DNA of 64,000 nt from Octopus vulgaris (Eukaryota), in assembly GCA_951406725.2 (NCBI GenBank), contig OX597823.1, forward strand, positions 2,356,001 through 2,420,000. The letters are read 5' to 3'. The position numbers and the translations under genes are program-made. The notes beneath the pieces were generated by a model that saw nothing but the letters and a program-made list of their open reading frames with translations, was not told the DNA's origin and made no database searches. Each line of letters opens with the position of its first letter. Position 1 is the first letter of the stretch. Of the stretch, positions 37,781-49,756 are shown piece by piece.

Positions 37781-40700
37781 ATTCTTTCAGCAATTTACAA
37801 CACAAACAGACAATGAAACATTGAAATAGACAAAGAGAAATTTTAATTTGGAAGGTTTTATCAACCAAAACATTCTTCAGGACCAATTTCTTGAATGTTT
37901 TATGGATTACATAGAAACCCTCTCTTAGCTATGGTGGTGCAAACTTAAATCCTATCATTTTCCCTCTACCATAAAGAACTGACTGGCTCCACCTTCCGCG
38001 TCTTTTTAGTGCAATCCTGCTTCCAACATCTACTTCAACAAGCTGTTTATCTGAATGCTTGTTGTTAATCGTTTCTAACCATAAAATCAGAAATAATATC
38101 CTGTTATCTCAAGCAATTGTCAGAGACGCATCAAGAAATCTAAACCAGTCTCTTATCAGCCTTATTATGGTGGACAGCTTTCACGGAATTCAAAGTCAAA
38201 ACTGTATGTTAAACCACCATTTATATCGTCTTCCTCTCAATATCCTACTTTTTAAAGAGGACGTGATCTAATCACATTTTAGTTCCGTTTTAATGTCAGA
38301 GTCAACTGTTACAAAAACAATTTCACCAAAGTATTAGGACATGGTATTTAAAAGAAGATTAACCTATTATTAGCAGGTTACGTGATAAGCTTCTTCCTCG
38401 CTGATTCGTCTAGGCATTTTGCAGTTGTGATTACTGTTGTTGGTGTTTTTGAAGCAAACCTGTATTATTCGAACGTTTTGAGATCAGCTCAAAAGCTCCA
38501 ACGGATTGAAGGTGTGGGTCAGTAACAGGGGTGCATCCAACCAGAGCTGCTCATCGCTCAGGCCTGACTCACCTACAGAAACAGAGATTAACAATTAACA
38601 TTGATTTATCTATAATAAATCTCAGTTTAATTATTCACTCGCAATATTATCTTCCTTCTTTGTTTCTTTTTTTTTTTTTTTTTTTTTACTTGTTTCAGTC
38701 ATTAGACAGCGGCCATGCTGGAGCATCACCTGGAAGAATTTTTAGCCAAATAAATCGACCCTAGTACTTGTGTTTTTTTTTTATTTTAAGTCTTGCACTT
38801 ATTCTATTGGTCTCTTTTGCTGAACCACTAAGTTACAGGGACATAAACACACCAACACCTGTTGTCAAACAGTAGTGGGAGACAAACACAGACACACACA
38901 CAACAGGTTTCTTTCAGTTTTTTTTTCAACCAAATCCATTCATATTATTATTTCAAGATATGCCACAATATTTTCTGACGGGACAGAAGAATCTGTTCCC
39001 CATGTCCTCCATTATTCCTCCATGGTTATTTTTGAATTACATATCTATAAAGAATCTATCATTTTTGCTATGGTACTCACTCGATGCATCCTAAATAATG
39101 GTAGAGGTACATATCAACAGAGCCACTCCCATAGCTCAGCTTCCATCCTGTTTAGCTGATAACCGTTTTAACAAAGCCCCCACCACCACCACCACCACCA
39201 AACTGTGTAATGTCATCATCGTTTAACATCCGCTTTCCATGCTAACATGGGTTGGACGATTTTGACTGAGGGCTGGCGAACCAGACGGCTGCACCAGGCC
39301 CCAATCTTGATCTAGCAGAGTTTCTACAGCTGGATGCCCTTCCTAACGCCAACCACTCTGAGAGTGTAGTGGGTGCTTTTTACGTGCCACCAGCATGGGG
39401 GCCAGTCAAGCGGTACTGGCAACGGCCTCGCTAGAATCTTTTTACACATGCCATCAGCACAGGTGCCAGTAAGGCGACGTTGGTAACAATCACGCTCGAA
39501 TGGTGCCCTTTTATGTGCCACTGGCATGGAAGCCAGTTGGCTGCTCTGGCAACGATCACTCTCGGATGGTGCTCGTTGCCAGAGTAGCCAATTGTGTGTT
39601 AATATCAAAAACTGACAATCTACACTAAGTTTCACCCAGGGCTGTGTTGTTCAAAATAGTCATGACTATCCCAACCCTTGGTGAATCTCAAGAGTAAGTG
39701 TCAACTTTTCATATAATAAGCCTGTCTCAGCCAATGTAGTAAGATCTATATCACGATATCAGATAATGTTTCCAATATATAAAATACAGTGTTTAATGAA
39801 CTTCACAACGATGCCGGTGCCACATAAAAAGCACCATCCCTGTTAAAGGTAACTGTACCTGTTTCTACATAAAAAGGCATCTGTGCTGGTGTCATGTAAA
39901 AAGCACCCAGTCCACTCCTGTAAAGTGGTTGTCATTAGGAAGGGCATCCAGCCATAGAAACCATGCTAAAACAGACAATTGGAGCCTGGTGCAGCCCTCC
40001 GGCCTTGCCATCTCCTGTGAAACCATCCAACCCATGCCAGCAAGGAAAATGGATGTTGAATGGTGAAGTATACACCCAGAACCACGCTAATAGCTCAGGA
40101 GTGAAGTTTAGCATTTCTCAGTTTTCTGTGAATCGATTTTGATAAAACTTTTCGCAGCTGGTTTGCACCCCATGGCAACACCATTGTTACGTCTTCATTA
40201 TTCTGTGTAGCATCCTTTCTTTTTTTGTTTCAGATTCTTCAGTTTTGGGGTGAACCACGCTAATAGCTTTTGAATGAAAATGGCCCAACTAGACTTTTAT
40301 TCACCTCAGGTTTAGGCTGGGTGCACTGTTTTCTTGCTGGGCTGGTGCCTGAAAGTATTGGCGATCGAATAAGCACACACCAGTAGAACACTGACTGCAT
40401 AAAACCAATCTGAACTTTGTCAGCATTGAAAAGCAGAAATAAAACAACAACAATGTTGATGTATACACACACACACACATCTGAACATTTCTTTAAGAGT
40501 CAATGGGTGGTCAATCTAAGCATTACAAATTTAAGAAGCCAACATCTTAGGAATTGTAATGTCTGGTTCTGTCTGTTAGTGACAGTTATACCATTGTTAG
40601 AAAGATCTTTACTTTGGTGGCTACCGTCAAAAAGAAAAGAGCCAAAAAAAAAAAGCCCAAGAAATGGAATTAAAAGAATCTCTTGAATACAATTCTTAGA

Positions 40701-40936
40701 ATTAGGTTTTTGACATTTCTGTTGTCTTTGATATCACAAACAGTCCAAAGAATATAGGTGAAAGCAGACGTATATGAGTATGATGATAATATTCCATCAC
40801 CAAGTAGAAATTGTTCAGCCACACCCTCTGCATGGAAAACAATAGTTAAGTTAGTATTCACATGTTTAATGTTGGGACAGTAAAAACAATTAAATAAAAT
40901 AAAAAAAACTAGGCATAATTCTTTGATGAAGGATAT

Positions 40937-41152
40937 GTGGGGCAATAGGTGGGCCAATAGGTGGGGCAATAGGTGGGGCAATAGGTGGGCCAATAGGTGG
41001 GGCAATAGGTGGGGCAATAGGTGGGCCAATAGGTGGGGCAATAGGTGGGGCAATAGGTGGGCCAATAGGTGGGGCAATAGGTGGGCCAATAGGTGGGGCA
41101 ATAGGTGGGGCAATAGGTGGGCCAGTAGGTGGGGCAATAGGTGGGGCAATAA
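40937..41152. repeat. 12-bp G-rich minisatellite GTGGG(G/C)CAATAG x18
   Basis: Directly visible; the two variants alternate in a mostly 3-unit pattern. Confidence 0.97.
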
Positions 41153-41621
41153 GCAGACTTCAAACTTAGTTTGTACGAGAAGATACTCATTGAGTTAGGG
41201 TAGAAAACTAGAATTGAGTGGAGGCATTAGGAAGGACAGCCAGCCATAAGACCATGCCAAAGCAGACCTCACCAGTGCTGGTGCCACATAAAAAGCACCC
41301 AGTCCACTGTAAAGTGGTTGGCATTAGGAAGGGCATCCAGCTGTGGAAACCATGCCAACATCCAAGCCACACCTGCATGGAAAATGGACATTAAATGGTA
41401 ATGATGATGATGATGATGATGATATCTGCTTATCAGATTTGCTTATGATTGTTGTTAGCCCCAGTTTATCTGCAACTATGAGTCCTTCTCCTCTTTAAGG
41501 TAGTGGATTGCAATGTGAGACAGATTTGACTACTATTTCTAGCCAGACCACTTAGAGGTTCTCTCATCTAGTTTTCCCATCATGAACATCATTTGTTTCT
41601 CATCTGAAGAAGTTTAGTCAA

Positions 41622-41760
41622 TACATTATTTCCATTTGACGGATATTCGTCCTCATCTTGTTTATTGTTAACACGTTTCGGCTGATCTACCCTCCAGCCT
41701 TCATCAGGTATCCTGAGGGAATTTCGAACCTGGGTTCTCATTCCTAAGGTATATTTCCAG
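41622..41760 (-). mobile_element. Family H1 inverted arm with degenerate hammerhead
   Basis: Homologous to 23160-23296. The matching forward 3' end (cataattcctcatct..aaatatggaac) is at about 42450-42496. Confidence 0.75.
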
Positions 41761-41834
41761 TATTGTTGTTATTATTATTATTAATAATATTATTATTGTT
41801 ATTATTATTATTATTATTATTAATAATATTATTA

Positions 41835-41874
<40 letters not shown>

Positions 41875-42230
41875 CATTGCAAAATCGAATTGAACCAGCC
41901 AGGACCTCTGGTCTGGTGGTACGTAAAAAGCACTATCCGACTCGTGGCCGATGCCAGCGCCGCCTCGACTGGCTTCTGTGCCGGTGGCACGTAAAATGCA
42001 CCAATCCGACCGTGGCCGTTGCCAGCCTCGCCTGGTACCTGTGCAGGTGGCACGTAAAAAGCACCCACTACACTCACGGAGTGGTTGGCGTTAGGAAGGA
42101 CATCCAGCTGTAGAAACATTGCCAGATAAGACTGGAGCCTGGTGCAGCCTTCTGGCTTCCCAGATCCCTGGTCGAACCGTCCAACCCATGCTAGCATGGA
42201 GAACGGACGTTAAACGATGATGATGATGAT

Positions 42231-42405
42231 TGCCTTTGCACAGCTTCTAACGCTGGAGATGAACTACAGTGTCAGCTGTTCACTACCAGTGAACTATGGT
42301 AACACCTCTTCTTTTTCGAGCACTTTCCGGAGTATTCGAGCGGTTCCAAGCAGTGCTGTTTTCTGCAAGGGCTCCACCCTTATTGCAACCCCTATTTGTT
42401 CCACA
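42231..42405 (-). mobile_element. R4/Dong-like LINE 3' fragment
   Basis: Minus strand encodes VEQIGVAIRVEPLQKTALLGTARILRKVLE; it sits next to an (ATT)n tract. Confidence 0.8.
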
Positions 42406-43703
42406 TATTATTATTATGATTATTATTACTTTTATTCAAGTCACTGCCTGAATGCAAATGAGGCACATAATTCCTCATCTTTCAAATATGGAACCGTTTT
42501 ATCTCGGTTGATTTTGATTTCCTATAACAAATCTTCAATCAACAAGTTTTTAAATTTATATTCTAGGTGCAAGTGCAGCTCTGTGGTAAGAAGCTTGCTT
42601 CCCAACCACATGGTTCTGGGTTCAGTCCCATTGCATGGCCCCTTGGGCAAGTGCCTTCTGCTATATCCTCAGGCCAACCAAAGCTTTGTGAATGGATTTG
42701 GTAGACAGAAACTGAAAGAAGTCCATCATGTATGTTAGTGTATTTACATCCCCATAACTTAGCGGTTTGGCAAAAGAGACCAATAGAACAAGTACCAAGC
42801 TTAAACAAAACAAAAATAAGTACCAGGATCAATTCTTTTGACTAAAAATTCCTCGAGGTGGTGCTTCGTGCTGGGGTACCCCCTTGTCTAGGGACTGAAA
42901 TAAGTAAAACTCTAAATATTTGACATGGATTTCAAGTGTTGACCTCTTCTGCCTTGTTTCCATGCATTTTGGTGGCCTTCACCCAGGAGCTGGAGGAGGA
43001 GGCAATTTGAATATGCGTCAGATGTGAGGTGTTTTAGTCAGGTGTGTAGTTAGGAGATGTATGGAGTGGAGGCTGATTAGGTAAAGAATTTTGCAGGACA
43101 GTGATGGGGGGAGAGGTGGTCTATGCAGGAATCTGGATAAATTACATGCAACCAATTTTGGGAGGGCAAGGAAGTGGGTCGTTAGAATAAGTAACAGTAT
43201 CGATTTTATTTGGTCATGTAGACTCAGGTATGGTTGTGAGGTTCAGAGGGTTGTTTCCCAACCATGTGGTCTTGGGTTCAGTCCCACTGTATGATACCTC
43301 GGGCAAGTGTTTCCTATTATGGCCCTTAGCCAGCCTAAACCATCTTAGTGGATTTGTTAAGAGCAAACTGAAAACAAAAAAAGCCCATTCCTCATCATCA
43401 TTTAGCGTCCATTGTCCATGTTGGCATGGGTTGGACGGTCTGACCAGGGCTGGTAAGGCCGAAGAACTGCACCAGATTCCAGTCTGATTTGGCTATTTAC
43501 CTATACACGTATTAGTGCCATGTAAAAAGCACGCTTTGCCAGTGTCACACGAAAGGCACCCAGTATGTTCTGTAAAGCTGTTGGTATTAGGAAAAGCCTT
43601 CAACCACAGAAACCATACCAAAACAAACAATGGCTCCTGGGGCCTTATCAGCACCTGTCAAACCAATCCATGTCAGCATGGGAAACAATAAGGATTTAAT
43701 TTT

Positions 43704-43742
<39 letters not shown>

Positions 43743-44883
43743 CACAGGTGTGGCAAGAAGCTTACTTCCCAACCACTGGGTTCTGGGTTCAGTCCCACTG
43801 TGTGGTACCTCGGGCACACCAAAGCCTTGTGAGTGGACAGAAACTGAAAGAAGCCCATTGTATATATACATGTGTTTGTATTTGTTCCCCACCACTGGCT
43901 TCATGGCCATTGTTGATGTGTTTCCGTCTCAGTAACTTAGTAGTTTGGCAAAAGAGATCAACAGAATAAGTTCCAGGCTTAAGAAAGAAGCAAGTGCTGG
44001 GGTCAATTCATTTGGCTAGAACTTCTCCAAGGCAGTGCTGCCCCAGCATGGCCACAGTCTAATGACTGAAACAAGTCAAAAATATATGGTTAAATAAGAT
44101 TAAAAACTTTGTAGAATACAAGCAAAGCTTGTCCTCAGTTATTGGCAACCTGATGTCATCATACAGTGGAAATAGACTTGTTACTGGATATACATCAAGA
44201 ATCCCAGTCTCCATTTGATGGCTGATAGGGATTACACAATATGTTATTTATATTGTCTCACCAATGTATTATGAGTGCGAAAAAGAGTGTTGAAACAATT
44301 GTAGTGACATTAAATAAAGAATGTCGCCCAATCCATTTTCTATTATTTATCTGTGTGTGTGTGTGTGAGCTTGAGTACCCATGTCTTGACATCATGTGGT
44401 GAATGTAAATGAACATCACTCATACAAGCAATGTTCATTTCCAATCTTCTGTAGAAAGCATGTCTGGCCATGGAAACAGGTGAAGGTTGGTGACAGGAAA
44501 GACATCCCAGCTGCCTGCTGACGCTTGCCAGCATGGGGAAGTGGACATTAAAATGATGAAGATGGTGACATCGTTATTGTTTACATGTTCACACAAAGTA
44601 GAATGCCACTCAAGATTTGAATCCAAAATATAAAAGGGTAGAAGGAAATACCACAAGGTATTTAGTCTAAAATGCAACCACTCGTGACAATAATAATTCA
44701 GTCTAACAGCCATGAAGCCACAAATTTCATGAGAGTTCAAATTCTGCCGACATCAGATTTGTCTTTCATTATTTCAGAGTCAATGAAATAAGTACAAGTC
44801 AAGAACTGGGGGGTCAACATAATTAACAAGACCCCCACCCCCACCCCTGAAATTTCAGGGCTTGTGCCTATAACAGAAAGAAC

Positions 44884-45710
44884 TATTATCATCTCTTTAT
44901 CACAGGTTTTGTTGTAATACCTGGAGTCTTGCATGCATAGCGGGCACCTTACCTGCAGCCCACGGGACCATGCTATTCGTGCTTTTCAGCTACCAAATAC
45001 TTTCCTGATTATTCTGGCCCTGCCAAAGAGGCAAACCTTTTGCAACAGTTCTATTGGGCACTCTATTCCAATTTCCTTTATATTCCTCTTGATACCTTCT
45101 GATTCTATTCCCAAGGACCCAACAACAGTTGGCACTATCTCCCCCTCTTTATTTTTCCATAGCCAGGATATTTCGTATTTTAGAGAGTTGTGTCTGTCTA
45201 TCTTTTCGCCCACCTTCTTGACTATTCGTGGGTCAAAGGGGCATGCAACATCAACTATATAGCGTATGTGGTGCACCTTGTCCACCACCACTAGGTCCGG
45301 TCTCTTGTGCTCTAGCACTTGATTTGTTTGGATTGGGAAAATCCCAGAGGATTTTGCTAGTCTCTCACCCTGCCACTCTGTGGTTTCTGCTCATTCCATG
45401 CCTTGCTTCTCTCTAGTCCCCACTTTTCACACAGTTTCAAATGTAGCACTTTCGCTACCTGGTTGTGTCGCCATAACTTGTAGAGGTTTTGGGCAAGTCT
45501 AGGGCATTCGTTCATCATATGGGCAATGGTTTCATCCACTCTGTTGCAGATGCGGAACAGCAGAGACACCTGTTCACTCCTCAGCTTGACCCTCCAATTC
45601 GTGACCAAAGCTTGGTCCTGCGCTGCCAGTATAGTGCTCTCGGTCTCTTTTTTTTTAGGGTTCCTTTCATCAGCCAACCCCATGTATTTTTCCAGCAACT
45701 TCTGTTGTGG
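44884..45710 (-). mobile_element. R4/Dong-like LINE fragment (zinc knuckle plus restriction-like endonuclease)
   Basis: ETESTILAAQDQAL, RIC..DETIAH...C, RHNQVAK, RPDLVVVDK..IVDVACPFD, VVGSLG and LQKVCLFGRARIIRKV; frameshifted. Confidence 0.88.
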
Positions 45711-45779
45711 TTACATTGAATTGTGTAGTCCCTTCTTGCATAATTCTTCTTCATTATTATTATTATTATTATTATTATT

Positions 45780-45892
45780 GGCCATATCACTTTGAAAACA
45801 CCAGTTCTCGTCCGATCACTGAAGTTAAGCAAAGTCAAGCCTAGTTAGTACTTAGATGGGTGACCGCTTGGGAAACCTAGGTGCTGTAAACG
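45780..45892 (+). pseudogene. 5S rRNA pseudogene / 5S-derived head
   Basis: ggccatatcactttgaaaacaccagttctcgtccgatcactgaagttaagc...ttagtacttagatgggtgaccgcttgggaa..aggtgctgta follows the metazoan 5S sequence, including box A and box C. The first few nt are missing and there are several substitutions. Confidence 0.9.
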
Positions 45893-45901
45893 TCTTTCTA
45901 T

Positions 45902-46056
45902 CTACACTCATGGAGTGGTTGGCGTTAGGAAGGGCATCCAGCTGTAGAAACACTGCCAAATCAAAACTGGAGCCTGGTGCAGCCTCCTGGCTTCCCAGAC
46001 TCTGGTTGAACTGTCCAACCCATGCCAGCATGGAAAACAGATGTTAAAACGATGAT
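45902..46056 (+). mobile_element. RTE 3' tail fused to the 5S sequence
   Basis: ctacactcatggagtggttggcgttaggaagggcatcc...gttaaaacgatga, the same family as 30817-31000. Confidence 0.9.
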
Positions 46057-46145
46057 TATTATTATTATTATTATTACTACTACTACTACTATAGCTAGAA
46101 CACATACACTATATTATTATAGCTAAAGCATTGTTGTTCCTTAAT

Positions 46146-46178
<33 letters not shown>

Positions 46179-46669
46179 AGGTAGGCTGTTATTTTAAATC
46201 ACATTGATAATAAACATCTGGCAGGAAGACAGCAGGACACACAGACAGACAAGGCAATTATGGATTGTCTTGTAGCTTTGATATTTATTCTACTCTCTTG
46301 GCAGATTTTTTAAAGTGTGTGCTTTACATGAGGAGTGACATAAATTTGAGTAGACAGATGTTGGTGGTGCTGTCTGTGGCCAGGGAGGGTTGGTGACTAT
46401 GTTTAAAGAGGGAGCCACTGTGAGTGACCATTGCAGGAGAGGGTTCTCACCACCATAACATTAAATAAACAAGTTCTTTACATTGAACACAAATGTACCC
46501 CCAGTATAATGCTGGTACTCACTCATTTTATTGACAGTAGAAAAATGAAAATATAATGAACTCCAGTGTGACCTGAACTAAAACTGGGAGGTGTAGGACT
46601 AAATACTTCAGACTAAGTGCTTCAGTTGGTGCTTAATTATTCATCTGTCACCAGCTGTCATAATAATAA

Positions 46670-47470
46670 CAATGCTTTCAAATTTTGGCACAAGGCCAGC
46701 AATTTCGGGGATGGGGTAAGTTGATGTAATCAACAGCATTGCTCAACTGGTACTTATTTTATTGACCCCAAAAGGATGAAAGACAATGTTGACCTCAGTG
46801 GAGTTTGAACTCAGAACGTAAAGGCAGATGAAATTCTGCAAAACATTCTGCCCTGTGTGCTAACGATCCTGCCAGCTCACACCCTTAATTAATAAATAGC
46901 AATTGTTTCAGGCACAAAGCCTCCCAGAAAAGAGCTAAATCAACCCCGAAACTTGACTTGTACTTTATTTTCTTTTCTACTTTTGGCACAAGGCCCGAAA
47001 TTTTTTTTTTGGGGGGGGGCAGTCGATTAGATCAACCTCAGTATGCAACTGGTACTTATTTTATCAACTCCAAAAGAATGAAAGGCAAAGTCAACCTCAG
47101 CAGAATTTGAACTCAGAACATAAAGATGGATGAAATGCCGCTAAGCATTTCGCCCGGTTTGCTAACGATTCTGCCAGCTCACCTTGCTTGTACTTTATTT
47201 CATCAAGTCAAGGCTGAAACGCTCCAGCTGGCCTCAGCGGGATTTGAACTTAGAACATGAAGAACCACAAGAAATGCCACAATGCATTTTTTCTTACATC
47301 TAATGATTCTGCCATTTTGCCACCTTATGATTTCAAATTTTGGCACAAGGCCAGCAATTTGAGGAGGAGACAAATTGATTACATTAACCCTGAAAGAATT
47401 AAGGACAAAGTCAACAACAGTAGGGTTTGAACCAAGAATGAGTCAGAAGAAATGCCACAAACAAGTCTGC
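46670..47470 (-). mobile_element. Cluster of SINE family A copies
   Basis: Three to four same-orientation copies carrying the family A motifs. Confidence 0.8.
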
Positions 47471-47708
47471 AAATTTCTAATGCAGGCAAAAGACAAAATG
47501 TTTGGTGAGGGTTAAAAGCAGATTCGATGAAATCAAACCAGAATTTAACTGGTACTTCTTTGTCGACCCAAGAAGGACTGTAAAATTGCAAACAGCTCCC
47601 AATAAACGACCACTGATACTGGACTGGGTTATTGTAAACACCTTCCCCACCACCAGCATTAAGTCTAAAGCAGCAGTTCCCAACTAGGGACCAATTCGTT
47701 TTATACCA

Positions 47709-48076
47709 TCTCTCTATATATAGATAAACGGCAAAATGTCTGTGTGTGTGTCCTTTATACAAATCCACAATTTTTCAGTTAGAGGGCTTGCACTTTCTTT
47801 GGTCATTCAAAACCACCCAAGGGTGGTCGTGCACATCTTTACATCTCCCCAGTCACCCCACAAAGCCATTAAAAAATCAATAGAAGTGACTTTTTTGTGA
47901 ATTTTCTATCCAAAACCCAATCAAAATGCCTGAAACTTGATATGCCAATTGAATGCCAGCTAGCTGTATGTGATTGGTCAGAGATTTGGACAGTACTCGC
48001 GTGTATGTGCGCACACACGCAGCTGTATATGCATGCACTAGCACTATGACCCGGTGTTGCCGGGTCATAGGGCTAG
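47709..48076 (+). mobile_element. Non-autonomous Helitron
   Basis: Starts with TC after A and ends with CTAG before T. Subterminal GC-rich hairpin CTATGACCCGG-TGTTG-CCGGGTCATAG. No TSD. Confidence 0.8.
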
Positions 48077-48339
48077 TTCTTAATATTTAATTATAAAAAT
48101 ATAATGGGATATTTTAAACATCAAACGATTATGGGGATCCGTCCAAGTAACATAGGAACTGAGGGGTTCCATAAGTAGAAAAATGGTTGAGAAATCAAAG
48201 AAATTGCTCGTAAAAGATGTTTTGGATTGGGTAGACATATACAGAAGGGACAGTGCCCACAGCAATGCCCCTGGGTAGAGGCTTGGGACTGTAGAAAAAT
48301 GAAACAAAATATTGGAAGGTATTTAATCATGCCAAAGGC

Positions 48340-49756
48340 ATGGGACCATTCAGCTGGTACTGGCATCAACCACTCTCGACTGGTGCTTTTTACGTGCCAC
48401 TGGCAAAGGCGTTATTGTCATTGGCCATGACAATGACTTCACTTGACTCAACAAGTCTTCACAAGCACAGTTTATTGCCCAATGATTGAAGAGTAGTCTT
48501 AAATGGGCTGGTTATGCTGCACTGTCATAGGCCACAGTTACGATCTCACTTGGCTTGCTGGGTCTTCTCAAACACAGCATATCTCCAAAGGTTTCGGTTA
48601 CTTGTCATCACCTCAGTGAGGCCCAATGTTCGAAGGTCATGCTTCACCACCTCTTCCTGGGTCTACCTCTTCCACAGGTTCCCTCTACTGCTAGAGTTTG
48701 ACACTATCCTCATCCAAACACAACCCATTACCATACCAGTGCAGTCGTCTCTCTTGCACACCACAACTGATGCTTCTTAGGTCCAACTTTACTCTCAGGG
48801 CACTTACACTCTGTCGTGTATGCACACTGACATTACACATCCAGCAGAGTATACTAGCTTCGTTCTTTGCAAGCTTATGCATGTTCTCAGCAGTCATGGC
48901 CCATGTTTCACTGCCATGTAGCATGGCTGTTCGCACACATGCATCATACAGTCTACCTTTTACTCTGAGCGAGAGGCCCTTTGTCACCAGCAGAGGTAAG
49001 AGCTCTCTGAACTTTGCTCAGGCTATTTTCATTCTAGCAGCTACACTTTCAGCGCATCCTACCCCGCTACTGACTTGGTCACCTAGGTAACGGAAGCTAT
49101 CAACTATTTCTAGTTTTTCCCCCTGGAATGTGGCAGAAGTTTTTCTCTGCACATTTTCAGTATTTATTGCTCCTGACCATCTGCCACATACAAAAACTAT
49201 CTTCCCAGTTAGCCTTCCTTTGATATTGCTGCACCTCTTATGTGTCTATAGCTTACACTGGGTAGGTACATCTTATTGAATTTCTACCTTCGCCTTTTCT
49301 ACAGATTGAGCAGGGACATCTACCTGAGGGGATTTGTAGTTTGTCTGCCTTCCTACTTATTAAGACTTTGGTTTTTGCTAGGTTGACTCTAAGGCCCTTT
49401 GCTTCCACACCTGAAACTTCTCCTCTAGTTCTTATAGTGACTAAGCTATTAGAGCAAGGTCATCTTGTCTTGAATTCCTCTGTTATTGCCTTGAGGACTA
49501 TGATGAATAAGAGGGGGCTGAGGACTGGTCCTTCATGGACCCCTACCCAGAATTCTTCACTGTACTTATTGCCAATCATCACCTTACAGACAGCATCCCT
49601 GTACACGGCTTGTACAGCTCTCACTAACCATTCATCTATCCCTAGTTTCCACATTGACCACCAGATAAGGGATCAGGGGACCCCGTCAAAGGCTTTCTCC
49701 ATGTCAACGAAAGCCAGGTACAGAGGTTTATCTTTGGCTAGGGAGTTCTCCTGCAG
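48340..49756 (-). mobile_element. Decayed RTE LINE 3' part (same family as 30817-34170)
   Basis: GIDEWLVRAV, PVLSPLLFII, KGLSLRVKGRLYDACVRTAMLHGSETW; many indels. Confidence 0.92.

Noticed and set aside
40670-41198. WGNR/LLPH/YCPT repeat ORFs
   Set aside because: They are open frames through a 12-bp minisatellite on both strands, with no splice or coding context.
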